Shown in pieces: positions 48,682-59,417 of a stretch of 64,000 nt of DNA. Both the position numbers and the translations under genes were made by a program. How positions within the stretch are numbered: the first letter of the stretch is position 1; every line of letters starts with the position of its first letter. The stretch comes from Candidatus Bathyarchaeota archaeon (GTDB taxonomy: Archaea > Thermoproteota > Bathyarchaeia > Bathyarchaeales > Bathycorpusculaceae). The stretch spans positions 192,001 to 256,000 of the forward strand of contig CAVTBV010000009.1 in the NCBI GenBank assembly GCA_963733095.1, given 5' to 3'. The notes beneath the pieces are model-generated. The model was given only the letters and a program-made list of their open reading frames with translations, was not told the DNA's origin and made no database searches.

Positions 48682-49524
48682 TCACAATTGCCGAAGCTGA
48701 TTTAAAGTTCCCAAAAAAGTGCCATCTAAAAGGTAAAGCTCAGCCTCATCCACATCTACCGCATCCGAACGCAACACAGGTCCAATCAACGCTTCACTAC
48801 CGATTTCTTTTCGAGGTCGAGTTTCGTTTACTGGTCTGCCGCCCAAAAAATCGTTAAAGCTGGGCATGATAAAAATCTCCTTTGCCTTCGCTCTGATGTT
48901 ATAGTATTTCTTTAGGGTTTCAGCTATGGATCCTTCGATTTTCAAGCCGCTTTTCTGCAGCAGAATTTTCGTTAAGGCTCCAGTGTCGCATTTTGCCTTC
49001 ATCCACACTTGCCTTATAATTTTGCAGCCTGTTGGGTCACGAAAAACCACTACGGGATGCAGATGACCCATAACCAATGTCTTACATCCCAAAAGAGCAG
49101 GTGAAGGCCATTTGTGTCCGTGAAAAACTCCCACATCACCAATTACTGCTCCGGTCGCTGGCAAAAACTCTACATTCTCAGGAAGTAGCGGCTCCAAGTT
49201 AGCATCATGGTTACCACGAACTACCGCAATACTCTTAATGCAGCTTTCGAGTTTTTTAAAAAAATCCGGGATGTCCCGCCATTCGCCAAATTCATGTGAA
49301 ACAACCGTGTACTTTACATCGCCAAGAATGACTAATCGATCGGGTTTGTTCTCGCAGATAATAGTAGTTAATTTGTTTAGTATTTTTGAGGTTTGGCTGG
49401 GTACATGGATTCCTTTTTCTTGAAGTTGCATCTCCCAGCCAAGGTGTGGGTCAGCAATTAGGAGCGTTTTGGTTTTTTCTGTCTTAACAAGGGCTGCTGG
49501 GTGGGGCAAGAGCAAATTTAGCAT
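48682..49524 (-). CDS. calcineurin-like metallophosphoesterase
   Basis: D.H, GD, GNHD, HGH and GH.HP motifs. Confidence 0.88.
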   Translation of the reverse strand: MLNLLLPHPAALVKTEKTKTLLIADPHLGWEMQLQEKGIHVPSQTSKILNKLTTIICENKPDRLVILGDVKYTVVSHEFGEWRDIPDFFKKLESCIKSIAVVRGNHDANLEPLLPENVEFLPATGAVIGDVGVFHGHKWPSPALLGCKTLVMGHLHPVVVFRDPTGCKIIRQVWMKAKCDTGALTKILLQKSGLKIEGSIAETLKKYYNIRAKAKEIFIMPSFNDFLGGRPVNETRPRKEIGSEALIGPVLRSDAVDVDEAELYLLDGTFLGTLNQLRQL

Positions 49525-50348
49525 TATGCTTTAACCAAACTCAAGATTTTTTGGTGGATTTCTATGTTACCTGACGTTATGAAGCTTAACTTTTGTTTTG
49601 GGTCCAACTTTACGTTTATTTGCTGGTTTTCTTGGTTGGTTACGATTCCGCCCGCTTCTTTAATTATGAGGAATCCTGCGGCGACATCGGTTGTGCGAAT
49701 TTTGTTTCGCAAATCTATGAATGCATCCGTTAATCCTGCTGCAACTTGACAGACTTCCAGTGCATTCGCACCGAAGTGACGTGTGTGCCTGATGTTTTCG
49801 ATTAACGCTGCTGCAACAGTCATGTCCAATTTTGCTTTGTAAGCATTTAAATCCAAACCTACGATCGCTTCATAGAGCGACTGGGTTTTTGACGTGTGTA
49901 TTCGCTCTTTGTTGCGGTATGCGCCTTCACCTTTCAGTGCAATGTAGGTTTCATCGTGGACTAAGTCAGTAACCATGCCAGCGTAGACGTCGGCGAGTTC
50001 GGGTTTATCGGAAACAGCGATGGAGGAGCAGTAAAAGGGTAAGCCATGCGTCAGGTTAGTTGTTCCATCTATGGGGTCTACACACAAATAACACTTGTTG
50101 GGTAAAGCGCCGTATTCTTTGATGCCTGATTCTTCGCTGATAAGCGTGAAGGAAACACCGTGCTGCTGGAGGGTTTCCACAATTGCAGTTTCAGCCGCTA
50201 AATCCACTGGTTTCATGGCGTCTCCGCCAGCACCCATGCCTAATTCGGGTTGGGGCTCCTTTAGGGTTTTGAGACACGGCTGGATGGTTTTTTGTACGTT
50301 GTTTTTGCACTCGATCAGGATTTGTTGCCAGTCAATTTGAGTTTTCAT
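49524..50348 (-). CDS. inositol monophosphatase / fructose-1,6-bisphosphatase family
   Basis: SEE, DPIDGTTN and D.AAG..I..EAGG motifs. Confidence 0.9.
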   Translation of the reverse strand: MKTQIDWQQILIECKNNVQKTIQPCLKTLKEPQPELGMGAGGDAMKPVDLAAETAIVETLQQHGVSFTLISEESGIKEYGALPNKCYLCVDPIDGTTNLTHGLPFYCSSIAVSDKPELADVYAGMVTDLVHDETYIALKGEGAYRNKERIHTSKTQSLYEAIVGLDLNAYKAKLDMTVAAALIENIRHTRHFGANALEVCQVAAGLTDAFIDLRNKIRTTDVAAGFLIIKEAGGIVTNQENQQINVKLDPKQKLSFITSGNIEIHQKILSLVKA

Positions 50349-50493
50349 TGCTTAACCTTCAGTTCTATATTGCGTACCCAGTTGATAAAGCCCTTACTCC
50401 TGGCATCGGACACGGATATCAAAAATAAATATCATAAATGAAGTATTGTCTGAAAATGCAGGTGCTGATTCAAACTGTTAAAGAATTAAAAAC

Positions 50494-50718
50494 TTAGGCT
50501 TTGATTTTTCTAACTCTCTCAGAAGAAGCGATGTAGCTTTGGCCTTTAATGGTGACAACGTATTTGCCGTTGTTTTGGACAAGCATGCTTTGCCTTGTGA
50601 GAACTGTCAGATGGGATTCTGCTTGCACGTCGTTTAAACCTAGCCAGCTCATGATTCTGCCCTTATCTTTCGGTGTTTCGCAGAAACGGATAATTCCTAT
50701 CCTCTCACTAAAAGCCAT
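50494..50718 (-). CDS. small winged-helix DNA-binding protein
   Basis: K..IM...GLN...L..L....Y..T.KG pattern. Confidence 0.7.
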   Translation of the reverse strand: MAFSERIGIIRFCETPKDKGRIMSWLGLNDVQAESHLTVLTRQSMLVQNNGKYVVTIKGQSYIASSERVRKIKA

Positions 50719-50869
50719 ATTAAATCACAATATACATACCCATTGAACAGCAAATAAGCCTGCGTGATTGTTGGGCAACTACAACAAACGACTCATCGAT
50801 TTTTCAGTAGAGAAACTCATCAGCAACAAATAAGAATCGGCAAAACGATATTTCAACATGTGATTCATC

Positions 50870-51241
50870 TTGGGAAAAAAAATCCATATACCTCAACTGG
50901 CGAAAAACGCAGTAGAACAAATCTTCACTAAACCAGCGACATCCACCTACCCCTTCGATAAATTAAAGTTAGCAGATAATTTTCGCGGTCAACCAATATT
51001 TGATTTTTCGACCTGCATTGGTTGCGGCATGTGTAGCAGAGATTGCCCAGCAAAAGCGATACAGATGGTTTCGGTTGATGGGAAAAAGCGTCCGGAACTT
51101 GACCTTTCTAAATGTGTGTTCTGTTATCAATGTGCTGAGACTTGCCCCAAAAAATCCATAAAAAGCTCCTGCAACTACGAGTTAGCCACAACCGACAAAT
51201 CAACTCTGGTTAAGATTCCACAGGCAGACGGAGAAACTTGA
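50870..51241 (+). CDS. 2[4Fe-4S] ferredoxin-like protein (NuoI/EchF-like)
   Basis: T..YP...FRG and two CxxCxxCxxxCP motifs. Confidence 0.85.
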   Translation: MGKKIHIPQLAKNAVEQIFTKPATSTYPFDKLKLADNFRGQPIFDFSTCIGCGMCSRDCPAKAIQMVSVDGKKRPELDLSKCVFCYQCAETCPKKSIKSSCNYELATTDKSTLVKIPQADGET

Positions 51242-51407
51242 TTATTTTCTTTTTCGCGAATTACTCAGTCTGTTGCCATTGTGCAGCAGTTTCTTTTAGT
51301 CGACTTAAATTACCATGAGATAATTGGAAGTTGCCGAGTTGAAACGTTAAAAATTATGAAAACTCTTAAATTATACAATTCCCAACAGAACTGGCAAGGT
51401 CCCGTTT

Positions 51408-52421
51408 ATGTCATCAAACACTACTAGGCTTCAAATCGAAGGCTACGACGAAAATGAAAAAATGTTCCTCGTGAAATCGCCTTCAGGCAATATTGTGAAG
51501 GTTCAGGATACTTTTGCAGAAATGTTCGCGCTGTGGGCAGGAAGAGTTTTAATTACTGCGCAAAACGAGAAATGGGCACAAATCGCTGCAAGTTTAACCA
51601 CTGGTTTTGCGACGAGTGTAATTGAAGCGACTGCAGAAGCAGCAATCGAACGTGCGGTTCCAGCTGACCAAACACCTGACAAACGGCCCGGCGTGCTTAT
51701 TCAAATTTACAATCGAGACCGTTTTGAACTAAAGCATCAACTGATGGAACGTATCGGTCAATGCACCCTGACTTGCCCAACAACCGCAGCTTTCAACGGT
51801 TTAACTGGAAAACGCACTCTTAACGTCGGCAGCAGCCTACGGTACTTCGGCGATGGCTTCCAGAAAAAAGCCATGGTCGGAGGTAGAAAATGCTGGAAGA
51901 TTCCAGTTATGGAGGGCAACTTCATAGTGGAAGACGGTTTTGGCGCGATGGAGGGGGTTGCAGGCGGCAACTTTATGATTTTTGCAGCAGACCAGCCTTC
52001 GGGACTTAAGGCGGCTGAAGCAGCAGCAGATGCCATCCGTGCAAACGCTCCGGACGTAATTATGCAGTTTCCAGGAGGCGTTTGCCGTGCAGGAAGCAAA
52101 GCTGGCTCATTAAAATACAAACTGAAAGCATCAACTAACCACCCATATTGCCCAACACTGCGTACGCTTGTGCCCGACACTGTTGTTCCTGAAGGTGTAA
52201 CATGCGTCTATGAAATTGTCATGAACGGTTTATCGTTAGATGCAGTTAAAAATGGCATAAAAGTCGGCGTAACAGCAGCTGTCGCAGTGCCCGGTGTTGT
52301 AAAGATTTCGTCAGGCAACTATGGTGGAAAACTTGGTCCATTCAAGGCTTATCTCAGAGACGCTATAGGTGTACCTGCTCCCGAACCAGCGCAGACCCCG
52401 TCGGCTAAACCAAAAGCCTAA
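51408..52421 (+). CDS. ftr: formylmethanofuran-tetrahydromethanopterin N-formyltransferase
   Basis: DTFAEMF, TGFATSVI, RIGQC.LTCPT, G.AGGNF, ASTN..YCP and GNYGGKLG motifs. Confidence 0.93.
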   Translation: MSSNTTRLQIEGYDENEKMFLVKSPSGNIVKVQDTFAEMFALWAGRVLITAQNEKWAQIAASLTTGFATSVIEATAEAAIERAVPADQTPDKRPGVLIQIYNRDRFELKHQLMERIGQCTLTCPTTAAFNGLTGKRTLNVGSSLRYFGDGFQKKAMVGGRKCWKIPVMEGNFIVEDGFGAMEGVAGGNFMIFAADQPSGLKAAEAAADAIRANAPDVIMQFPGGVCRAGSKAGSLKYKLKASTNHPYCPTLRTLVPDTVVPEGVTCVYEIVMNGLSLDAVKNGIKVGVTAAVAVPGVVKISSGNYGGKLGPFKAYLRDAIGVPAPEPAQTPSAKPKA

Positions 52422-52500
52422 CTTCCATTTTTTATGTCGGAACTTTTATTTGATTCCTTTTAACGTTAGTTATCAAGTTAAAGATATTTAGTGAAGTTAT

Positions 52501-53769
52501 TTGAGTACCGCAAAAAAATCATCCCTCGAACTATTCAAGCTCAGAAAAACCCTCAACTCCCTAGCAAACAAAGAGGGTAGCCACACCGAACTCATCACAG
52601 TCTACGTTCCGCCAGGCAAACAAATCAGCGACGCCCTCAACCTGCTCCGCAACGAATATGGCACAGCTAGCAACATCAAATCCAATGTTACACGCAAAAA
52701 CGTGCTCGATGCCATCGTCAAAGCACAACAAAAACTCAAGCTCTTCAAAGATCCAGGAGAAAAAGGCATCGTGGTCTTTACTGGTGCATTGTTGCCCGAG
52801 GGTGCGGCACCGGGAACGGAACGTATGGAAGCCTACGTGATTGTTCCGCCTGAACCTATCAAGATTTTCCTCTACCGCTGCGATAGCCGTTTTCACACTG
52901 AGCACTTGCAAGAGATGCTGCGGGAAAAAGAGACCTACGGCATTTTGCTAGTAGATGCTTCCAACGCTACGATTGCAACCCTGCAGGGTAAACGCTTGCA
53001 GATTGTGCGGGAGATGCATTCGGGAGTTGCTGGGAAGACTCGAGCTGGTGGTCAGTCTGCGAGACGTTACGAACGTTTACGGGATATGCAGCTCAACGAG
53101 TACTTCACCCGTATTGGGCAACATGCAAACGAAATATTCTTGCCCATCGATACACTCAAGGGTTTAATTATAGGTGGACCTGGACCAACAAAATACGACT
53201 TCGAAAAAGGCGACTACCTAAACTACCAGCTAAAAAACAAAATCTTGGACACCGTAGACACCGCCTATGTTGAAGAACAAGGCGTTAAAGAAGTAGTTGA
53301 AAAAGCCCCTGAAATCATGCGTAAAGTCCGCTACATCGAAGAGAAAGAAATCATGCAGAAATTCCTCTACGAAGTCGGACACGACACTGGATTGATAACT
53401 TATGGTGAAGGCGAAGTGCGGCGTTTGCTACAGAATGGCGCTGTGCGAACATTGCTCATGTCTGAAGAATTGGATTTAGTCCGCGTGACCATAAAATGTG
53501 GTGCCTGCGGCTTTGAAGAACAACACACCGTTAAAGGTAAGGACGTGGCTGATTTCGAGAAGGGTTTAGTTGGGCAGCCCTGTGCATCTTGTAAAGCGCC
53601 TTCGTTTACGATAGTGGATAAGAAGGATGTTGTGGACGATTTGGGGGAACTGGCTGAGCTCTCAAACACTGAGGTTGAGGTTATTTCGGCTGAAACCGAA
53701 GAGGGCCAAATGCTAAAGAACGCTTTCGGCGGTATCGCGGCAATTCTAAGGTTCAAGATGCAGGGTTAA
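52501..53769 (+). CDS. prf1: peptide chain release factor aRF1
   Basis: NIKS, YRCD and GGQS motifs. Confidence 0.97.
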   Translation: MSTAKKSSLELFKLRKTLNSLANKEGSHTELITVYVPPGKQISDALNLLRNEYGTASNIKSNVTRKNVLDAIVKAQQKLKLFKDPGEKGIVVFTGALLPEGAAPGTERMEAYVIVPPEPIKIFLYRCDSRFHTEHLQEMLREKETYGILLVDASNATIATLQGKRLQIVREMHSGVAGKTRAGGQSARRYERLRDMQLNEYFTRIGQHANEIFLPIDTLKGLIIGGPGPTKYDFEKGDYLNYQLKNKILDTVDTAYVEEQGVKEVVEKAPEIMRKVRYIEEKEIMQKFLYEVGHDTGLITYGEGEVRRLLQNGAVRTLLMSEELDLVRVTIKCGACGFEEQHTVKGKDVADFEKGLVGQPCASCKAPSFTIVDKKDVVDDLGELAELSNTEVEVISAETEEGQMLKNAFGGIAAILRFKMQG

Positions 53770-53991
53770 ATTCCTAATCTTCAATTGTTATGGCTCCTGA
53801 AAACGCATTACAGCAGGTCCCTTATAGGGTTTTAGAAAATTGCCTCGCCAAATAAAACCGCATAGCAATTGTTCATAAAAAAACAAAGATGGATGGGGGT
53901 AAGGTGAGGGGTTAGTCCCTCTCTCCATCGTTCTCTAATAAATACCTGAATTTTTTGCTTTATAAGGCATATTTCAATTCCGGAATATTCC

Positions 53992-54291
53992 TCATCGATA
54001 ATTGGGCTTTAGTTGCAAAAGTTCCTCTGCTTGCTGCTTTCCCATGCCTGCAACAAAAAGCTGTTTTTCTTTAGACGTTAGCCCTGAGGCAAGCTCTACT
54101 TTTGTATGCAAAAGCTTGGTGAATTCCTTTATTATTTCCTTGTTTACTTTGCCCTTAACTGGTTCTTCGGTAGAATAAACTACAATGTCAGTGCCGTCGA
54201 GCTCTATTTTGAATTTTGGAGAATTGGGTTTAACAAAAATGGTGAGGATTACCCCACCGTTTGCCTCGTTGATGCTCATGCAGGTATGCAC
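53992..54291 (-). CDS. DUF167/YggU family protein
   Basis: VKPNS, P..GK.N.E and G..S..K motifs. Confidence 0.8.
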   Translation of the reverse strand: MHTCMSINEANGGVILTIFVKPNSPKFKIELDGTDIVVYSTEEPVKGKVNKEIIKEFTKLLHTKVELASGLTSKEKQLFVAGMGKQQAEELLQLKPNYR

Positions 54292-55934
54292 TCAGAATCG
54301 CAGGACAATTGTGCTTTGCCAGATTGCAGTGCCCAGCTGAATTTGTTACGTAGCGTTGTGGGGTAGAATTTTTCTATGTCGAACTTGACTTTTTTTGCCC
54401 ACTTAACATAAGCGGTTGGGTCAATGTATGATTTGAGCGATGTGCCAAGGTTGTATTCTTTTGTGAGCTTTGTTAGTTGGATGTCAAGTTTGGCTCTTTC
54501 GATTCGGGTTTCAAGCGACTCAGTCTTTTTGCCAGCGACTTTCTTTACTCTCAGTTGTGCTTGCAGGTTTTTGAGGTTCTCTTCTTTCTTGGCTACGCGG
54601 TCATCAAAGGTTGGAGGCACCTTGCGTTTGTGGTTAGCTACTTCTGCTACCTTAAAGTTTGCCATTTTTGCTGCAAACCGCTTCTTGTAGTCTGGGGTAT
54701 CTTTGGTTACGCCGCTTTTTTGCAGCTCTTCTTTGACGGTTTTTGTGCATCTCCAAGTGCGGAAGACTTTAGCGGTTAGTTTTGGCATTTTTTCAGAGAG
54801 GAAGCGGCTGACTTTTTTGCTGTCGATTCCTTGGAAAAGGTACTCCATTTTTGGGTCTGCTTCTTGAGCGGCTTTAAATTCCTTTATGTTTCGGATAACT
54901 GCAGGCGGCGCCTTGTAATCTTTTACCCAACGTACACTGTCTTTGCCGAGGAAGTCAAAATGGATTGTGTCACCGTTAATTGTGATGTGCTCAGAGCGCA
55001 GGGTAATGGCGCCTACCGTGTCGGCTTCATCTGGGTCTTTTTCGTCACCAACCCTCATGTTGGGAACAAGGATGAGCCATGAAACCGTCGCAACCTTGCG
55101 TCTTTCGATATCTTTGGATTCGAGGTTTTTGAGGATGTGAGCCTCAATTTGTTTGATTTGTTTACCTAAGGTTTCGGCTTTTTGGAATTTCTCTTTCTCA
55201 CGGTTCTGCTTGAGAAAAGCAGTATCAGAGAACCAGACATACTTCATCTTGCCAGTTAGCTTGTCTTCCCATTTTGCCACATACATCTTGTTGGGTTCCC
55301 ACACCGCATCTTTCCAACCTTCTTTTTTTGCTTCTTCCCGATCTTTTTCATCCGAGAGATTAAGGATAATGTCGCTTTTGTTTGGTCCTTCTTTCCATTT
55401 TCCACGTTGTGGATGGTCACCGCGTCCAGCGAAAAGGCAGGATGGCTCAGAGGTCCAATTGGCAATTTCCAGTTTTTGCCCGTCAACGTTCGCGTAACCA
55501 AACTTTTCTTTGAATTCCAGCCTTTTGACTTTGCGTTCTTCTGCCAGTTGTTTTTTAACTTCTTTAGTTAAAGATTCCTTTGTGGCTTTTTCTTGTATTA
55601 TGAAATTTTTTGGTTGCGTGAAATCTATTTCTCGGGTTAACTCTGGGTTATCTACATTGGACAGATATTTTGTGCAGAATAGATCAAGAAAGTTTGCTTG
55701 AGGATTCTCTTTCCTGAGTTGCCCCAAAAACTCCTTCATAAAGTTCTTCGTAAAAACCGGGTCTGGTGGAGCCAAGGTGGCGGATAGAATTCTGCGGCAC
55801 CATGCAACTGCCATGGGTTCAGTTTTTTCTGAAAGTTTGATAGTTTGCCCCTGTATTTTAACGCTAAACCCCTTGTAATCGTAAGGGGGGACGAATATGC
55901 CGTTGTGCTTTAGCCTTTTCATGACATGTTTCAT
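54276..55934 (-). CDS. DNA topoisomerase IB (eukaryote-like)
   Basis: L.HNG, GRG.HP.RG, R.G.EKD...DTVG, FLGKDS, KVFRT, NHKR and S...Y.DP motifs. Confidence 0.95.
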   Translation of the reverse strand: MKHVMKRLKHNGIFVPPYDYKGFSVKIQGQTIKLSEKTEPMAVAWCRRILSATLAPPDPVFTKNFMKEFLGQLRKENPQANFLDLFCTKYLSNVDNPELTREIDFTQPKNFIIQEKATKESLTKEVKKQLAEERKVKRLEFKEKFGYANVDGQKLEIANWTSEPSCLFAGRGDHPQRGKWKEGPNKSDIILNLSDEKDREEAKKEGWKDAVWEPNKMYVAKWEDKLTGKMKYVWFSDTAFLKQNREKEKFQKAETLGKQIKQIEAHILKNLESKDIERRKVATVSWLILVPNMRVGDEKDPDEADTVGAITLRSEHITINGDTIHFDFLGKDSVRWVKDYKAPPAVIRNIKEFKAAQEADPKMEYLFQGIDSKKVSRFLSEKMPKLTAKVFRTWRCTKTVKEELQKSGVTKDTPDYKKRFAAKMANFKVAEVANHKRKVPPTFDDRVAKKEENLKNLQAQLRVKKVAGKKTESLETRIERAKLDIQLTKLTKEYNLGTSLKSYIDPTAYVKWAKKVKFDIEKFYPTTLRNKFSWALQSGKAQLSCDSECIPA

Positions 55935-56080
55935 TAATTAAACACCGTTTTTTGGCAAAGTTTCTGTCTTGCACACTATTAGCTTAAAGAGGCTTTTTTT
56001 ATCTTTCTATTTTAAAAACGCAACTTTCCAATAACTGAACTTCGCAACTTAAGAACTTATGACAAAAAAACACGCAAAAA

Positions 56081-56488
56081 TCAGGGAAAAAGCGTTTTTT
56101 GACGTTTTGCTGCCCTGTCATTTTGCAGCTTCTTGTAAACTTGCTCAACATTTTTACGTTCAACAAAGCCCTTGTGGGGACGGAAACCGCCCGAGAACCC
56201 TCCTGGAATATGCATGAGTTCATGAATCAGGGTTCTCTCCTTATCCTCGGGGCTCATTCGGTCAAAAATCTCGGAAATAACCTCAATAGTGTAAGAGGGT
56301 GGAAGGTTCAAAACGCCCTGCCAAATCTTACCTAACCCATGAATTCGAGCTATGGTGCGGCGTGCCTTGGAGCCCCTGCTTCGAACACAAAACACGAATT
56401 GAGGAACCACATGGTAGAACTCACATTCTTCTGCTAACTGGTCAACTTGTTTTTTGATCTCAGGGGCCTCAAAATATTTGATTGGCAA
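56081..56488 (-). CDS. putative metallopeptidase
   Basis: HELMH motif; ARIHGL...FSGG.RPH. Confidence 0.8.
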   Translation of the reverse strand: MPIKYFEAPEIKKQVDQLAEECEFYHVVPQFVFCVRSRGSKARRTIARIHGLGKIWQGVLNLPPSYTIEVISEIFDRMSPEDKERTLIHELMHIPGGFSGGFRPHKGFVERKNVEQVYKKLQNDRAAKRQKTLFP

Positions 56489-56537
56489 TTCAAACCCTCT
56501 CTGGTTATCATTGTGATATGTTGTTTAGGTTAAAAAG

Positions 56538-59159
56538 CTAAGTGCTTTTCCGCAGAATTTTCGCAACTTCCATCCAGAAGGTAGCAACAAAGGGCACACC
56601 TATTACAAGGACCCAATCCTGAGCATGTAAGCCTGTAATCTGGAGGGCTGCCTGTAGAGGCGGCAGTGAGGTTGCTGCGATCAAGGTTGCAAAAGCAAGC
56701 AATGCCCACAGCAGCATTACTTTGTTTGAAAATAGTCCTTCTTTTATTAGGGGCTCGTTTTCTGAGCGGAAGTTCAAGGCAAGGAAGATGTGTCCAAACA
56801 TCCAAGTTGCGAAAGCTATAGTTCTCGCGTAGGTAATGTCAGAGGTTGTGTACCATGCAAACAGGAAGGTTGCGGTGACCGCTAGGAAGAGGCTGAAAGC
56901 GCCTAAGGCAAGGCTTCTAAGCATGGGGTTGCTTAAGAATTTCTCTTTTGGGTTTGTAGGCGGTTTTTGCATGTTTCCTGCTTCTGCGGGTTCAGCTACA
57001 AAGGTGGCTGAGGCAGCCAAATCCATGAAGAGTTCAAGAACTATAATTTGGATTGGCGCAAATGGCAGTTTAACGCCCAAGAATATTGGAACAATGAAAA
57101 TCGACACCAAAGCTACCTTGCAAGCTAAGTAGTACCTGACGCCTTTGCGGAGGTTGCCAAACAGTTTGCGCCCCTCTTTAACCGCAGTTTCTATCGTAGC
57201 AAAGTTGTCATCTGTCAAAATCATACTCGCAGCTTCTTTGGCAACATCTGTCCCACGAATACCCATAGCAATTCCGATGTGGGCTTCTTTGAGCGCAGGA
57301 GCATCATTAATGCCGTCGCCCGTCACAGCCACAACCTCCCCGTTTTCTCTAAGTAGCCTAACCAAGTGCAACTTATCTTCAGGAGTTACCCTAGCAAAAA
57401 CGAACGTGCTTTTCAACGCGGCTTTTAAATCTGCATCAGTCATCTTTGTGATTTCATTCCCTGTCAACACGTTTGCGCTATTTATTCCGACTTGGCTGGC
57501 GATTGTTTTGGCTGTTTCCGGGTGGTCGCCCGTAATCATAATTACTTTAATTCCTGCTTCTTGACAGGTTTTAATGGCGCCCTTGACTTCTTTTCGGGGT
57601 GGGTCGATGAAGCCTATGATGCCCACAAAGACGATTTCCTGTTCTACACTTTCCTTGTCGGCAATGGCGTCTGCTAATAGTCGGTGGTATCCAAAGGCTA
57701 AGAGTCGTTCGCCGCCTTGAGCCATCTGTGCTATAGTGCTGAAAACTTCAACTCGTCTGGCGTCGTTGAGTTCAGCTTCTTCCCCCCCAAGTAGAATTCG
57801 ATTGGAGTTTGCTAAGATTTTTTCTGGTGCACCGCTTGAGAGAACCACTTGTGAGCTGCCATATTGGTATATGTAGCTGGCGAGTTTGCGCTTAACATCA
57901 AAGCTCAGTTCGTCTTTAAGGATCCAATCTTTTGAGAAATCAGCGACATCTACGCCGTCTTGCTTTAATCGCTCCAGAATTGCTTGAGCCATCGGATTGC
58001 TCAGTGTAGCGGTTATCGTAGGGTCGCGGATGGCGTCGCTTGCCAAAAGTGCAGTTCTCAATGCTGCCTTCTCGTTACCTCCAAACTGGGAACTTGAGCG
58101 TACGGCACCGTCAAAATACATGTGTTCTACCCTCATCTTATTCTCAGTAATGGTGCCCGTCTTGTCTGAAGCTATTACGGTTACAGTTCCAAGAGTTTCA
58201 GCTGCACGCAGACGCTTCACGATGGCGCCTTTTCTGGACAGTGCATAGCTGCCGACGCCTAAAACCATAGTGATTATGATGGGAAGTTCTTCTGGGATAA
58301 CGACAAATGCCAAAGACAGTCCATACAGCACGGCTTCTGCTGGGCTTGGCTGTAAACCCCTGATGTAGCTAAGGACTGGTATGAGGATGGCGAATAAGAG
58401 TGCCACCCATACCAACGTTTTCGAAAGCTGCTTCATAGCCAATTGCAACTGAGTTTTGGGTTCTTTGGCTGCTTTAGTTATGCCTGCGACTCTTCCAAGT
58501 TCAGTCTTAACACCTGTTGCAGTTACAAGCGCTTTTGCTCTTCCTCGGGTGACAACGGTTCCGGTGAAGAGCATGTTAGTTTGGTCAGTTATCCGAGTTT
58601 CACGGGTTAGTATGGCAATGGCGTCTTTGGCTGCCGGAAACGACTCGCCAGTTAAAGAGGATTCATCAACTTCTAAACCGTACGCTTCAAGGATTCGGGC
58701 GTCAGCTGGGATGCGCTGACCAATTTTAATAAGCAAGACGTCGCCTGGAACCAAAAATGCTGTCTGCACTTCCATAGGTTGTCCGTTCCGAAGAACCAAC
58801 GCGGTTGGCGGCGCCAGTTGACGAAGTGCAGAAATAGAACGTTTAGCTCTGTACTCGTTCCAAACCTCGGCCAAGACAAGAATGATGATTATGACAATTA
58901 TTGTAAAGGCGTCGGTTAGGCTGCCCAAGATGCTGTATAGAACTCCAACGGTGATTAGTAGCAGAATCATTGGTTCGGTGATTTCTTCCCGTAAAATCCC
59001 CAAGAAACGGATTTCACGTTCTTCTACCAAGCTGTTTTTGCCGTATTGGTTTAGGCGCTGTGCTGCCTGTTGGTCTGTTAAGCCCTTCTCAGGGTCGGTG
59101 CCTAACGCCGAAACGACCTCTTGCGGCTGTTGCGTGTGCGGTTGACTCATCTGCAGCAC
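56538..59159 (-). CDS. P2-type cation (Ca2+-like) transporting ATPase
   Basis: TGES, PEEL, DKTGT, DPPR, TGD and GDGIND motifs. Confidence 0.93.
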   Translation of the reverse strand: MLQMSQPHTQQPQEVVSALGTDPEKGLTDQQAAQRLNQYGKNSLVEEREIRFLGILREEITEPMILLLITVGVLYSILGSLTDAFTIIVIIIILVLAEVWNEYRAKRSISALRQLAPPTALVLRNGQPMEVQTAFLVPGDVLLIKIGQRIPADARILEAYGLEVDESSLTGESFPAAKDAIAILTRETRITDQTNMLFTGTVVTRGRAKALVTATGVKTELGRVAGITKAAKEPKTQLQLAMKQLSKTLVWVALLFAILIPVLSYIRGLQPSPAEAVLYGLSLAFVVIPEELPIIITMVLGVGSYALSRKGAIVKRLRAAETLGTVTVIASDKTGTITENKMRVEHMYFDGAVRSSSQFGGNEKAALRTALLASDAIRDPTITATLSNPMAQAILERLKQDGVDVADFSKDWILKDELSFDVKRKLASYIYQYGSSQVVLSSGAPEKILANSNRILLGGEEAELNDARRVEVFSTIAQMAQGGERLLAFGYHRLLADAIADKESVEQEIVFVGIIGFIDPPRKEVKGAIKTCQEAGIKVIMITGDHPETAKTIASQVGINSANVLTGNEITKMTDADLKAALKSTFVFARVTPEDKLHLVRLLRENGEVVAVTGDGINDAPALKEAHIGIAMGIRGTDVAKEAASMILTDDNFATIETAVKEGRKLFGNLRKGVRYYLACKVALVSIFIVPIFLGVKLPFAPIQIIVLELFMDLAASATFVAEPAEAGNMQKPPTNPKEKFLSNPMLRSLALGAFSLFLAVTATFLFAWYTTSDITYARTIAFATWMFGHIFLALNFRSENEPLIKEGLFSNKVMLLWALLAFATLIAATSLPPLQAALQITGLHAQDWVLVIGVPFVATFWMEVAKILRKST

Positions 59160-59417
59160 CTGAACATAATTTTGGATTATTGTTAATTTGCGAAAGGCAC
59201 ACTCCCTAAAAAGATTGCGCAGACAATAACTAAAATTTAGTGAGCGCAGACTTTGCCATTTTCACTGTTCTTGTAAAGGTGCAACAACAAGTTTCCTTAA
59301 CTAGGTGTGTAAGCAACCGTTTGACTGCAAATTATGATTTTGAAAATTCTGCAATGCTTATTATGCAAAACTTTATAACCGCGCCGAACGTTTTGTGTCT
59401 AAAAAGGTAGAATCAAG

